From: Vicugna vicugna
Taxonomy: Eukaryota
DNA: 64,000 nucleotides
NCBI GenBank assembly: GCA_013265495.1
Contig: MU058065.1
Span: forward strand, 746,001 to 810,000
Direction: 5' to 3'
This document shows, in pieces, positions 10,591 through 22,844 of the stretch; the stretch's first letter is position 1; every line of letters begins with the position of its first letter. The notes beneath the pieces are model-generated. The model was given only the letters and a program-made list of their open reading frames with translations. It made no database searches and was not told where the DNA came from. The translations under genes were made by a program, and so were the position numbers.

Positions 10591-13289
10591 GAGTCCTTTG
10601 GACTTGGGTCTCACCAAACTGGGAGAGATGCAAAAAATTCATTCTCTACATTCTCTTTGCATTGCTGTATGTATTGGGAAGAGCTCTATCCAGGTCAAAT
10701 CTCATTACAACAAATATCAGTAAGATAACATCTCGGAATCCCCATATAGATTTAAGCTACTTTTAATGGTTTATTTACTGTAAGTAATAATTTATATAAT
10801 TTCAACAGTAGATTTTCAGTTTCTTGGAGATGTGTGAGAGTGAATAATGAATTATATCTTGAATAATACATCCACAATAATTTCTCTGTTCTTTACCTGT
10901 CTTATCACTTTATACTACTATTAAAAATTAAGAATTAATCTTAAGGAAAAGCCTGTGACAAAACAGTATTTTGCAGAAACCAAGCAATTATTCTATAACA
11001 ATAATCATCTCTTTCTGTGTGTAAAATGAGTTAAGTGCCCTCTCCCCCACTTTCATTCAACATTGAATATTAAAGGCTATGTGTTAAGTCATTTACACCT
11101 TTGCTTGAAAAATGTTTGAGGTAGTGGTGAAATTACTTTCCGTATTCTGAACTCATAGCTAGTTTATCTCTTTAGAAAAATGCAGACAATTATTGTGGTT
11201 GGCAGAGTTATTTTAATTACATAAATAATATGTACTCATAAAAAAGTAATTTAAAATTCAAATTTAACACAGAGGGTCATCCATAATCTCATCAGAAATA
11301 GTCCCTGTGTTTTTTGGCAATAAAATTACAATTAGTTATTTAGTCATTTTACAAGAAAATAATTGTTTTATATTACATTTATAAGCAGTTGGTATCAGAG
11401 ATTTTATTAGGAAAGGAACTGTCTGTATTTAGTAAAATGCTTTAATAGGTCATTTTGAATGAGAAAAGGGAGACCTAGAATTCATGATCTCAAGACAGGA
11501 GACAAGGAAACTAAACAGCTTTGCATAATTAATAGCAGGAAGATACATGAGGTCAAGTCCAGCGAGAGCAGACTTAAAACAAGGAGCCACAGGACCAGTA
11601 GATTCTAGAAATGAGCTGAAACTTCAGGGACCATATCGGTCTTTCCAGAGTGTGGATAAAGCCACTTGAGCCAAATGTATTTAAACATTCCAGGCCAGGG
11701 TAAATTCAGCTGAGGGAGAAATTTAGCTTGAGGCTCAAGAGAATGGATGCTGGATTAAGATGGCCTGGAAGCCAGGATAGGTTTCAAAACTGTTTCTCTG
11801 TGTGTCTGTGTGTGTGAGAGTGTGTATCTGTCAGGCAAGACACAACCAGCAACATAAGATGTCTTCGGAAATAAAACCAGAGGAGTTGAATATCGTTTCC
11901 ACTGGTGATGGAAGAACCCCAAAGTCAAACTGGAAACAAACGTCATGGCAACCAGGTTGAAGTTATCACCAACCTTAGACTAAAGGAATAAAAGGAGGAG
12001 AAAGAGTTTGTGGGTCTCAGGGTAAGAGTCTGTGTCCGAAGCTCGAATTAAGCCAGAGAAAAATAGAATTGTGCTGGGCCTGTCTGATGGAAATTGGAGC
12101 CCCTGAGGAGGCAGAACAGCTGTCAGAAACCCTGCCCCAGGAAAACATCAGAAACTTTGTCCGGAAAAAACTCTTAAGCCATGAAGAAGAAGAAAATGAT
12201 TCTGACCTGCGAGGAAATGTGAGGAAAGGATCTGAACACAAAGAGGCTCAAACCTGTTCGTATGTATGTACGCAGGCATGTTATCAAACACACATATAAC
12301 TGCATCTGTATAAATACACACGCATCACACAACCAAATGGAATCTCCGCGCGCACGTTTTGTAACCTGATTTCATACTTAATATGACGTGAATACGTTCT
12401 CACGGCACTAAGCATAAATACTAATCCATACGCCTAGTTTCATGACTATATAGTGGTCTGTTATTTAGCTACAAAATTTATTTTGATGGTCTCATATCGT
12501 TCTTTTACATTGCTTTAAGTTGTTGGTTTTTTTCTATTGAGAAAAATAGAATAGGTAAAATATTGCTGAAAATTTCAGTGTTCGGGTGTTGGAAACTGTG
12601 TGTCATGGGCTTGCAAATGTGGCTTGTTTATTGAAACCTTATTGCAGTAGCACTTTTTTCATCAAAACCGCTTAAAAACAGATTGTGTAATGTGTGTCAA
12701 TAACTTCAAAATAAATAATTAGCAACAGAGTTGGGATTTCATCACTTAGCATCCATCACAGGCATTGAGAGCCCTGTTTTCTTTGAAGTTTTCTGCTGAA
12801 AATGGTATATGTCATCATGCTAAATCAGGACTAGTTAGTAATCAGAGCATGGCGAAGGTCACTCGAAGGTTTCTCTGATGCAGACATTCCTCAGTTTAGA
12901 GGTAAAATAATCCTGACCTTCCTAAGTGTGCTTTACCTTTCTGACAAGCGGAGGAAGCTGCATAATTGACTTGCTTATGTTTGCAAAATCCTTTGCACAG
13001 ACACTAAATGGTGTGAACTGTAATCTGAATGCAAGTGGAACATATCAAAGTGTGATAAATGTCATTGCACAATAGTTCAAATTGTTTTTTTCTTTTTCTC
13101 CTTGTATTTTTAATTCTCTCAATTTTAAGTGATTTTTCTCCCCCAAAAGTGGAAAGAACAGTTTGAAATAGGCAAGTTTTTATATTCTTTTCATACCCTT
13201 GATTTTAAAATTATAGAGCTCCAAGTGATTCAGAGGAGCTTAGGTTTTGGGCATGATGATCCAGGGTATGCTTTCTTTTTTTAATCTCC

Positions 13290-14790
13290 AAAATTTATTT
13301 TATTAAGACAATTTTTAAGAGCAGTGTTATGTTTGCAGCAAAATTGACAGAAAGGCACAGAGATTTCCTACAGACCCTTTGGCCCCAACACGTGCATGGC
13401 CTCCCCCATTGCAACATCCCTCACCAGAGTGGTACATTAGTTACAACTGATGACCCTCCATTGACACATCATAATCACCCAAAGTCCATAGTTAACATTA
13501 CTATTGACTCTTGGTATTGTACGGTCTATGGGTTTGGATAAATGTATAACGGCATGTACCTATCACTACAATATCATACAGAGTATTTTTACTGCCCTAA
13601 AAATCCTCTGTGCTTTGTCTATTCATCTCTCTTCCTTACCCCACCCCCAGGCAACCACTGACCTTTTCTTTACTGTCTCCATAGTTTTGCTTTTTCTAGA
13701 ATGTCATATAGTTGGAATCATACAATATTGCATTTTCAGATATGCACTTAAGATTCTTCTGTGTCTTTTCATAGCTTGATAGCTCATTTCTTTTTAGATC
13801 TGAATGATATTACATTGTCTGAATGGACCACAGTTTATATACTCATTTACGTACTGGAGGACTTCTTGGTTGCTTCCAATTTTGACAATCTTGAGAAAAG
13901 CTGCTGTACACAGTCAAGTGCAGGTTTTTGTTTGGAAATGATTTTTCAGCTCATTCGGGTAAGTACCAAGGAGCACATTTGTGAATCATGTGGTAAGAGA
14001 AGGTTTAGTCTGTAGGAAACAAACTGTCTTCCACAGTGGCTGTAACATTTTGCATTCCCACCCACAATGAATGAGAGTTTCTCTCTTGCTCCACACCCTC
14101 ACTAGTATTTGGTGCTGTTAGTGTTCCAGATTTTGGCCATTCTAGTAGGTGTGCGGTCGTATCTCATTGTTTTGGTTTGCATTTCCATGTTGACATGTGG
14201 TGTGAAGTATATCTTCATGTGCTTACTTGCCATCTGCATATCTACTTTGGTGAAGTGTCAGTTCAAGTCTTTGGCCCATTTTTTAAATGGATTGTTTGTT
14301 TACTTGTTGTTGAATTTTAAAAGTTCTTTTGGATACTAATTCTTTATCTAATGTGTCTTTTGCAAATATTTTCTCCCAGTCTGTGTTTTTCTTCTCATTT
14401 TCTTGAGATCATCTTTCACAGAGCAGTTTTTAACTTTAATGAGGTCTAGCTTATCAATTATTTCTTTCTTGGATCATGCCTTTAGCCTTGTATCTAAAAA
14501 GTTATTGCTATATCCAAGGTCATCTAAGTTTCATCTTATGTTATCTTTAAAGAGCCTTGTTTTACATTTAGGTTTAGGATCCATTTTGAGTTAATTTTGT
14601 AAAGAGTGTAGGTATGTGTCTAGATTCTTTTTCTTTCTTTCTTTTTTTTGGCAAGAAGTTGTCCAATGTCTAGCAGTATTTGTTGAAAAGACTAACTTTG
14701 TTCCACTGTATTGCCTTTGCTTCTTTGTCAAAGATGAGTTTATATTTATGTAGGTCGATTCTGGGCTCTCGATTCTGTTCCACTGATATA
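13290..14790 (-). mobile_element. L1 (L1MC-like) 3' UTR and ORF2 end
   Basis: TTTTTAAGAGCAGT...CAGCAAAATTGA...CACCAGAGTGGTACATT...CACCCAAAGTCCATAGTT (L1MC1-type 3' end), then antisense ORF2 text (TTGCATTCCCACC, TTTGTTGAAAAGACT). Confidence 0.85.
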
Positions 14791-14872
14791 CTCATCCAGA
14801 ATTTGTATACATATAAATACTGTATATTTAATGTATATTCATATATTATATATATATTAAATCAGTGGCACA

Positions 14873-15241
14873 CTGTTAGTCAGTTTAGGCTCCTATAATA
14901 AAAGCATCATAGACTGGGTGGCTTAAACAACAAATATTTATTTCTCACAGTTTTAGGGACTGGGAAGTCCAAGATCAAGGTGTCAGCAGATCAGTACCTG
15001 GTGATGTAAGCTCTCCTGGTTTGCAGATGGTTACTTCCTTGCTGTGTCTTCACATGGCTGAGAAAGAGATTATCTCTTGTGTATGTTCTTACATGGACAC
15101 TAATTCCATACATGAGGTCTTCACTCTTATGGTCTAATTACCTCCGAAAATCTTCACCTTCAAATACCATCACACTGGGGAATAGGGCTTCAACATATGA
15201 ATTTGGGGTGGGGGGAGACAAAAACCTTCAGTTTATAGCAT
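14873..15241 (-). mobile_element. MaLR (MLT1A-like) solo LTR
   Basis: TGTTAGTCAGTTTAGGCT...AGACTGGGTGGCTTAAACAACA...TTTATTTCTCACAGTT...AAGTCCAAGATCAAGGTGTCAGCAG...GGGCTTCAACATATGAATTT...TTCAGTTTATAGCA. Confidence 0.85.
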
Positions 15242-15349
15242 ACACTTAAAAAGTATTTCTAAGGTATAAATTTCCAAGGACATAACATGGCTGCCTTTTA
15301 AATCTAGTACCTAAGAAAAATGCCTAGAAAATTTTTCCTTCTTTTGTCA

Positions 15350-15502
15350 TTAAATATATATATTATATAATATAAATATTGTAATATAAATATTATATAA
15401 TGTAAGTATTATAATATACTATAAATATATATTATAAATGTCATAATATGATATAAATATTGTATACATAATGTTTAATATATATAAGTATATATATATT
15501 TA
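15350..15502. repeat. AT-rich low-complexity (TATAA-type) tract
   Basis: About 150 bp almost entirely A/T with degenerate TATAATATAAATAT units. Confidence 0.8.
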
Positions 15503-16562
15503 AAGAGAAAAGACTCAGGAGGTAAATTCTGCAGTTCTCTCAGAGCCTATAAATTATCAGCGACCTAGCTTTATAATTACCTATTATTTCATACCCAATT
15601 GTCTCTTCTGAGAATACACAGCTAACTTCCCCTTATTTAGATAAATAGTTTCTGTGATGATCCAGGGCAAAAATGTGGAAATATACACTCCAGAAATTTA
15701 ACATTTATTATCTTAAGAGGTGGGAATAATGGAAGGGAAATAATATAATTAGGATTCTTTTTTATATCTTTATACCATTTCATTTATTTAAAAAGCACCC
15801 ATTGGTTTAGTAAGTTAAAAAATATCAAATATAGAAAGTTTGAAATAACTGAAAGAGCTCAATTAAAAACACTGTAGACACAATTATGAGAAAAACTCAT
15901 GTGAAGATGTATCACGCATCTTGGTAAGTAATGTGTATTTATTGATTTTTTGGTTTAACTGACTTTAGTGAACCCTTGGGAAGACCTTTTAGGAAATGGG
16001 TACCAATAGATAGCACAGACATGCACAAACCTCTCTCAAAATGAGATATTTTTAGAAACAAAAATTATATTTTTGTAGAAATATATATCTTTGTCCTGAA
16101 TAAAGATTTGTTCCCAAGAGAGATATATTTTTTTCAAATACCCAACAGTATTATAAAAATTGGCCAAAGTCCTAGGCTACAAAGAAAATCTCAAGCAATT
16201 CCCTAAATTACACATGGAACAGGGCACATTATACCAAGACCTAAAAATATACCCTTACATAACTTTTGGTTTAAAGCAAAAGTCAAAACCAAAATTAGAG
16301 ATTATTTATAAATAAATGACAATGAAAATCTGATCTATGAAACCAATGAAAATCATACAATGATACAAAGTGGAACATTTACAGCATTAAATATATTTGC
16401 TTAAAAAGAAAAGATAAAGGATAAAATAAAGCAATGAAGCTAAAGAATAAAAAACAAAACAACAAAATAAAATATAAGTTGGTAGAAGAAAAGTGAATTA
16501 GTAAAGATGAAAACAGGAATTAATCAATAAAAATATGAGCATAAGAACTTACTAATGAATCC

Positions 16563-16780
16563 TTATGGAATTAACAGATGTAAACTACTACACATAAAAT
16601 AGATAAGTGGCAAGGACCTACTGTATAGCACAGGGAACAGTGTTCAATATCTTATAATAACCTATAGGTGAACATAATCTGAAAAAATATGTATATATAA
16701 AACTGAATCACTTTTCTGTACATCTGAAACTAATACAATATTATAAATCAACAGAACTTCAATAAAAAGAAATTTTAAAA
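16563..16780 (+). mobile_element. 5'-truncated L1 3' end (cetartiodactyl-type) with 17-bp TSD
   Basis: AACAGATGTAAACTACT...AAGGACCTACTGTATAGCACAGGGAAC...CAATAAAAAGAAA, flanked by AACTTACTAATGAATCC (16546-16562) and AACGTATTAATGAATCC (16781-16797). Confidence 0.85.
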
Positions 16781-17076
16781 AACGTATTAATGAATCCAAA
16801 AGTATTCTTTGAAAATTTCAATGAATTAGACAAATCTTGGAAAGTCTCATCAAACAATAAAGGAAAAGAAAAGATAAAAAAACATTATCAATGAGAAAGG
16901 ACTCTTAGCTAAAGCTATTAAGAAGATACACAAAAGTTACAAGAAATCAATTCTACAGATTTATACAGATCTATTTGGACATCTGAGGTTAAACTGATAC
17001 TTCTAAGAAAATATAAATTATCAAAAGTATCTCAAGAATATATTTAAAATAAAAGAATTAATTAAAAAGCTAATTT

Positions 17077-17150
17077 TGGGGCTGTACACCAGAAACTGAC
17101 ACAACATTGTAAACTGACTATAAGTCAATAAAAAAAAAACAATTAAAAAG
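17077..17150 (+). mobile_element. Very short L1 3' end with polyA tail
   Basis: GCTGTACACCAGAAACTGACACAACATTGTAAACTGACTATAAGTCAATAAAAAAAAAA; probable TSD AAGCTAATTT (17067-17076) / AAGCTAGTTT (17151-17160). Confidence 0.75.
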
Positions 17151-17239
17151 AAGCTAGTTTAAATCAACCCTCATCAAAGAAGCACCGGGCACAACTAAAG
17201 AGAATCAAAGAAAGAACACATCAAATACAGAGAAATTTT

Positions 17240-17326
17240 TAGAAAAGTTTGGAGAAGAGGAGGAGATAGAATGGTAGTTGTGGAGAAAGTAGAGGTTTCC
17301 TGGGGGGATGGGTGCAGTGTGTGAAC

Positions 17327-17357
<31 letters not shown>

Positions 17358-18200
17358 TATTTTATTGAAGAGATGTGAACATGTTTTATGCTATTGAGAA
17401 GGCTATGGCTGAAAGGCAAATGAGCATGTGAAGGGCAGTGATAATTCGTTGTATAAGATATCTGAAGAGGGGAAAATAATAATCCAAAGCATGGCTATTG
17501 GATTGGCCTTAATTGGGAGGCAGTTCCATTCTTTGTTGTAATGAAATAGAAGAAAGAAAAGAATCATTAAAATATAGGTAGACGTGTACAGATTCTGGTG
17601 GGAAGATGAGGACATTCCCTTTGGATGCCTCTATTTTTTTTATAGAGAGAAAGCAAGAGGAGAGGGGGAATCGGAGATGACCTGACAGCAATGGAGAAGA
17701 TTTGAAACTCACTGTGGAGTATTGGAGACTGAGTGCAATAGGAAAATACACTGTTTTCTAGGCAATACTGAGGTCCTACTTGAGGTTAGTAACCATAAAT
17801 TGAGCAATTATTTTGAGACATTCTCCACCAGAACTCATCATTTGGGGTGTCAACGTAGACATGTTAAAATTCATCCAGAGCTGTGATCTCATCCTATGAG
17901 TGACAAGAAGACAAAGAACCAAGGAAGTTTAGAACATTGGCAAGTGGCAAAGCAAAATTTTGGAATGATGTATGAAATCTAAGTTGGATGAGGAGCAAAG
18001 CGAAGGAAAAAATTGAAGGACTGGAAGAACTGGAAGTTCCAGTGAAGTCAAAGCACAGGATTGTAGCGGACTTGTTGGCCCCACCAGCACGTTCCCTCCT
18101 TGCTGGCACATCTGCGTTGTAAGCCAAACTATAATCAGATGACTGCTCTGTAAGCAGAGAGTCAGAATCCCAGGAGATAACCAAATGGCTCAAAAAGGTA
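17240..18200 (-). mobile_element. L2 LINE fragments
   Basis: Purine-rich antisense L2-like text (GGATTGGCCTTAATTGGGAGG...GATGCCTCTATTTTTT); heavily diverged. Confidence 0.5.
17330..17355 (+). repeat. (TG)13 microsatellite
   Basis: Direct reading. Confidence 0.95.
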
Positions 18201-20886
18201 ATCTCCCCAGAAGGGCAGTGTGTGGGGTTTGAGTGTCAGTTCACCCTTTCCTTACGAAGTATTTGGATGGGCTGCACTAATTGCTAGCTTCGGGGGTTTC
18301 TCTCCCTTTGTGCTAGGCTGACTTCTCCCTTAAGTGTGTCGCACTTCAGAATAATTTTTTTAGATGTCTGCAGCAAAGGATTTTCATGAAATAACTGTCC
18401 GGGCAAAGCTCACATTATATCATTCTCTGACAGTACATTTCTGAGTTGTTCTTCAAGCATAATGTAGCAGCGATCGTGTGGTGGGTTAAAGGCAAGAGTT
18501 TGCCCTCTGGGAGCATGCTATTGATTGGCTTTAACAAGATCATAGTAAAACAGCAACGGACAATGGCCAATTTCTTTCTTGGTGAATTACTCATTTGACA
18601 AAATAATTTTTGAATTGATTTTCACCATCTTTGGTCTCTTTGTGATAGAGATGTGAGGTTGGTCCATGACTCTCCAAAGAAATGGCTGGAGGGTAAATAA
18701 ATTTTTCAGATCCAACTCTCCCCAACAGTTTTAGCCAACATTTTAGAAGTAGAAGTCTACTCTACGACATGTTCTCGCATCACGCTTTATAAATGAGACG
18801 TACTTTAGGCCTGCACGGACAACTGTCTAATTTGTTCAGTAAGCTGATCCCAGCTCTCTGGGACTCCTTCCATAACTTGGTACTCTGATATGGAGAACAG
18901 GCGTATGGTTAGTATCATAAATCTCAATAGAACTGTTTTACCTATAATCTTACCCATAACTGATTTTTTCAGTCACAGGTTTGCAAGCAACTCCTTGAAT
19001 TACTTCCACAGATGGCTAATCAAATGCAAAAGATATGTTCATTAATTTGAAGGTCTCTGAGAAAGAGTATGTCACCTCTGAAGTAAAAGGAAAGAAAATA
19101 TAGAATTTCAATAGTAGACTCAGATCTCTATTGTATTGTTTCCAAAATTTTTTTTATTATTTCTATAAAAATACTTCTTCTATTATTACTTTCTTACATT
19201 ATATTCTACTCAAGAGTCTCTCTGGTGACTCATAGATTGTGCCACATTTTCTGAAATTCCTATCCTAAAATTGCATGCAGTACAAATTTTGCAAGCATTT
19301 TAGTATTCTCTTGTCCAACTTTTAGGTAAGGGGAAAGATATTCAAACTGCATCCCTAATTTTGACTAAAATATCTATTTGTCAAGATTAAAAGAAAGAAA
19401 ACAATTCACTTTTATAATAACAATTCACCGTTTATAATAATATTTATACTAAATAAAATTAAAGGACGAATAAACTGTAATGTAACAAATAATGTAGAAG
19501 CCAATATAATATATAGGTGTGTAGGTATATATTGATACACACATACATACATATATACATATATAAATATACATGTATATGTCTGTACACTTTTTAAAAA
19601 ATTTTGTTAAAGCTAGAGTTCTAACCAGAAGAGTTGCATTTAAAACCTAGAAACATGTTTTTATCCAAATAGTAATTTCTATAGGCAACATTTCAGCTCT
19701 GACTCTTCCTAAAATTCACACATTTAGTAATCCATGTGGGAAATGTAGAAATGACCCCACAAAAGCAGTTTGTGGGCAAAGCGTTGATGCAAAACACAAC
19801 AAGCTTCCAAGTTACTCACTCAGCCAAGGAGCCTTTGTTCTTAGAGACTTCATCCATCTGGTTTCTGGAAGTCAAACTGTCTACAGTAACGTTGGACGTG
19901 GGAGAAGAAGCCAACAAATGGAAAACAAAGTAGAGCAGATTTTTAAGACAGCTCATTAGACATCCAGGGAGTCTCTACAAAGCATTAAGTCCCAGAAATT
20001 GTGATGACAGTGCAGCCAAGGACATTGGTGAAGCTTTCTGGAATATTTCATAAGGGGTCCTAGATATCCAAAATATATTTTACTGAAGGAGGAGAAAAAA
20101 GTAATGGAGAAGTTTCTGGTTTTTCGTGCAATGGGAAATTTTATTTTCCTTGTAGGGATCAATGGAGAGAACTCACGTAACTGTATTTATTTTTTTTTGA
20201 ATCAGCAAATCCAAATGTAGCACTGCACAATGATTTCATTCCCAAATATTCTTTCCCTGATTATGAATGAAGAGTACTATAGAAAACTATAAAACCCATA
20301 ATCACTTTTAGCCCATTTTGAATCTCTTCTTCATTGTGTTCAGTATGACTGCCAGGTACGCACACTTTTACGTGGGCTTCTGTCTGTGACAGCTCACCTT
20401 TGCTGGCCCTCCACGGAAACACCAGGTCTGGTAACATGACAAATGAGGAAGACTATCAACCAAAATAAACTGATTAATCCCCAATGATAATTTGATGCAA
20501 TAGCATCTCTGTATAATGTTTGTATTCTTATACAGTGCCTTGACTCAAGGACGACTTTGAGATTTTCAAGCAGCATCTCAGGGACAATAATGAAGACATT
20601 TGCATCCTTCCCTCTTCTCTCTGCACTTTATTCATTCTCTCACGTTCAGCACAGAGCCATGCCCACTGCTCCAGGGCAAGAGCTTGCCTTCCTATGTCAG
20701 TGTTATCACTACAACTTAACTGCAACCTCTTTGACAGCGGGGATCCCCTTTTCTACTTTTTTGGAACTGTTTATGATTCTTTGAACATTTGTCGACAAGG
20801 GATTGTGTGGAATGGGAGCAGTCTGGAGCAAGAGTGGTACACTGACCCAGTGGCATGAGTAGTAACATAGGTTTAAAACTGCCTGC

Positions 20887-21370
20887 TGTCGACTGAAATA
20901 AACGCACAGCCTAAAAGTTGAGAGGTATGTTTTATTTGGCGGACATTTCTGAGGACTCGAACTCCTTCGAGCCTGGGATGACAGCCTCTCAGATCGCCCT
21001 GAGGGACTGCTCCGACGAAGAGGCAGGAGCTAGCATGTATAGGAGCTTTACAACAAGACCAGGTAGTTGGAACATTAAAAGATTCCTTGTTAGCTAAAGA
21101 AAACCAGGCATCTCAAATTAAAGAATTTAGTGCTTTTCTATGTACCAGAGGAAGCAAGCATTTGGGCTCATTGAATTCATTTCTTTGACAAGCACTTAGC
21201 TATCTAGGGCTGGTATCCTGTCCTTTCTTATTCTGAGTCCCCTCACGGTGCACCATTGTGAGCAGCTGCAGAGGCCTGGGTTTGGGGGGGGGGGGATGGC
21301 AGCCACTGGTGACTTGATGGCTTTCGCATTCTTTGTTTAGTGATATGGTTTGCAGTATTTTTCGTTCACA
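20887..21370 (-). mobile_element. ERV1-type solo LTR, copy A
   Basis: TG...CA termini (TGTCGACT...TTCACA), antisense polyA signal TTTATT near 20931, 4-bp flanks CTGC/CTAC. It is the reverse-complement homologue of 22845-23311. Confidence 0.9.
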
Positions 21371-21424
21371 CTACCCATGGGTTTGTTGTTTTGTTGTTGT
21401 TTTCTTTCTTTTCAACAGCTATGC

Positions 21425-21688
21425 AGGAGCAGGGTAGTAAATGATTAAGAGTCTGGATTCCAGAGCCGAGCTGTTTTAATTTGAAGTCCAATTTTTGCCT
21501 CTTATCAGCTATATGATCCTGAGCAAGTTACTAAAACTCTGTTACTTTATCATCTGCAAAATATGGAAAATGATAATACCTTCCTCAAAGTTTTGTTGGA
21601 AGGATTAAACGAATCAAGTGAGTTAACATATGTAAAGTGCTTATAACAGGGCCAGACACAGTAAGTATGATGCAATGTTAGCTCTAAT
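21425..21688 (+). mobile_element. MIR SINE
   Basis: GATTAAGAGTCTGGATTCCAGAGCC...AGCTATATGATCCTGAGCAAGTTACT...CATCTGCAAAAT...GGATTAAA...TATGTAAAGTGCTT...ACACAGTAAGT. Confidence 0.8.
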
Positions 21689-22313
21689 TGAGGCAGGAGG
21701 GAGGCAGGGCACAGCCATTCAAGGACTGCTACAGCAATTAACATCAAAATGGTGGAAGATTCAACCCCCAGCTGGCCTTGAGGCTCAAGATGATAAGAGA
21801 TTTAACTTCTAGTAGACCTTGAGCTTCATTATACACTCATTGTAATCTGTTAACATGGTGAATAACATGCCCACAGGCGCCATGGCAGTCCCAAGGCTAG
21901 CCACAAAAGGTCAAAGAGTGGGAAATGACCAACTTCCTGGGAATCCCAGCCCCTTCCCCAGGCTAGTCAGAATGGTCCTTCCTCTTATTACCAATAGGAA
22001 GCCACTGAGCCCATAAAAACTGTCAACACAGCGCCTTGCGGTCCCTGCCCTTCTCTCTCCCCCTCTTTGGAGAGGGCCCACATTCTGTCTGTGGAATGTG
22101 TACCCACTTTTAATCTGAACACCCAACCACCACACTTCGTGGCCTTTCTCTTGTCTTTCAATGTATCTCTCTGAATAGATCTACCTTTACTCAACTGTGG
22201 CTCACTCTTGAATTCTTTCCTGCGCGAAGCTAAGGACCCACACTTGGCAGGGCACGTCCCAGGGGCTCAGCTGAAGCCTGGGACACGGCCCCATATCCAT
22301 TTTTCCTGCATCA
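21689..22313 (+). mobile_element. ERV1-type solo LTR of a different family, with perfect TAAT TSD
   Basis: TGAGGCAGG...CCTGCATCA termini flanked by TAAT (21685-21688 and 22314-22317). It contains a CCAAT near 21991, a TATA-like CATAAAA near 22012, and a U5-like CTTGAATTCTTTCCTGCGCGAAGCTAAGGACCC. Confidence 0.85.
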
Positions 22314-22844
22314 TAATTACTGTGCCATTCATTTCTGACTGTCTTTGAGATCTCTGGTGCTTTCAGATTATTGCCTTACCTTGATGTTTTAAAAGACATA
22401 TTTTGTTGATGAAACTTAAATATTAGATTTCAAAACTGGATTTGAATTCTGGGTAAATTGGATATTAATCCAATTTACAAGTTGTGTTTTAATTTTTTTT
22501 TTTTTGCCTTTTCTAGCCAAGTTGAAGATACCCAAATTAGAAATTAATTTTATCTAGTATATGGAAAGGCTTTCTGGTCCAAATATTTTTTTCAAGCTCT
22601 GTGCCAAGGTTTAAGGATGATGTTGGTTAATACATGGCGGAGTTAGAATTATTGGTGGGTTTCTTGCTTTCTCATTACTTGGTAGAAGTCTGACCCTAGA
22701 TTCCAGTTGACAGTAAAAGCTGGGCCTACTTCAGTGATAGTGTGACATCTTGGAATCTGTCATGGTTCACACCTAGAAGCTGGAATATGATGTTATATTT
22801 GCACGAAGAATTCTTGCCCAGGCTACAATGACTTGTATATGTGG

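Larger units (their letters stand above)
16100..17235 (+). mobile_element. Old L1 ORF2 fragment, host to two nested younger L1 3' ends
   Basis: A-rich sense ORF2 text: TATAAAAATTGGCCA...CTACAAAGAAAATCTCAAG...ATAAATGACAATGAAAATC...TTCTTTGAAAATTTCAATGAATTAGACAAATC. Confidence 0.7.

Noticed and set aside
11800..12240. Possible old LTR relic or ORF 12069-12299
   Set aside because: Could not assign a repeat family or protein similarity with any confidence.
20398..20508. 111-nt frame-preserving minus-strand exon candidate (AAG|GTGAGC donor)
   Set aside because: The acceptor lacks a polypyrimidine tract and the peptide is unrecognised.
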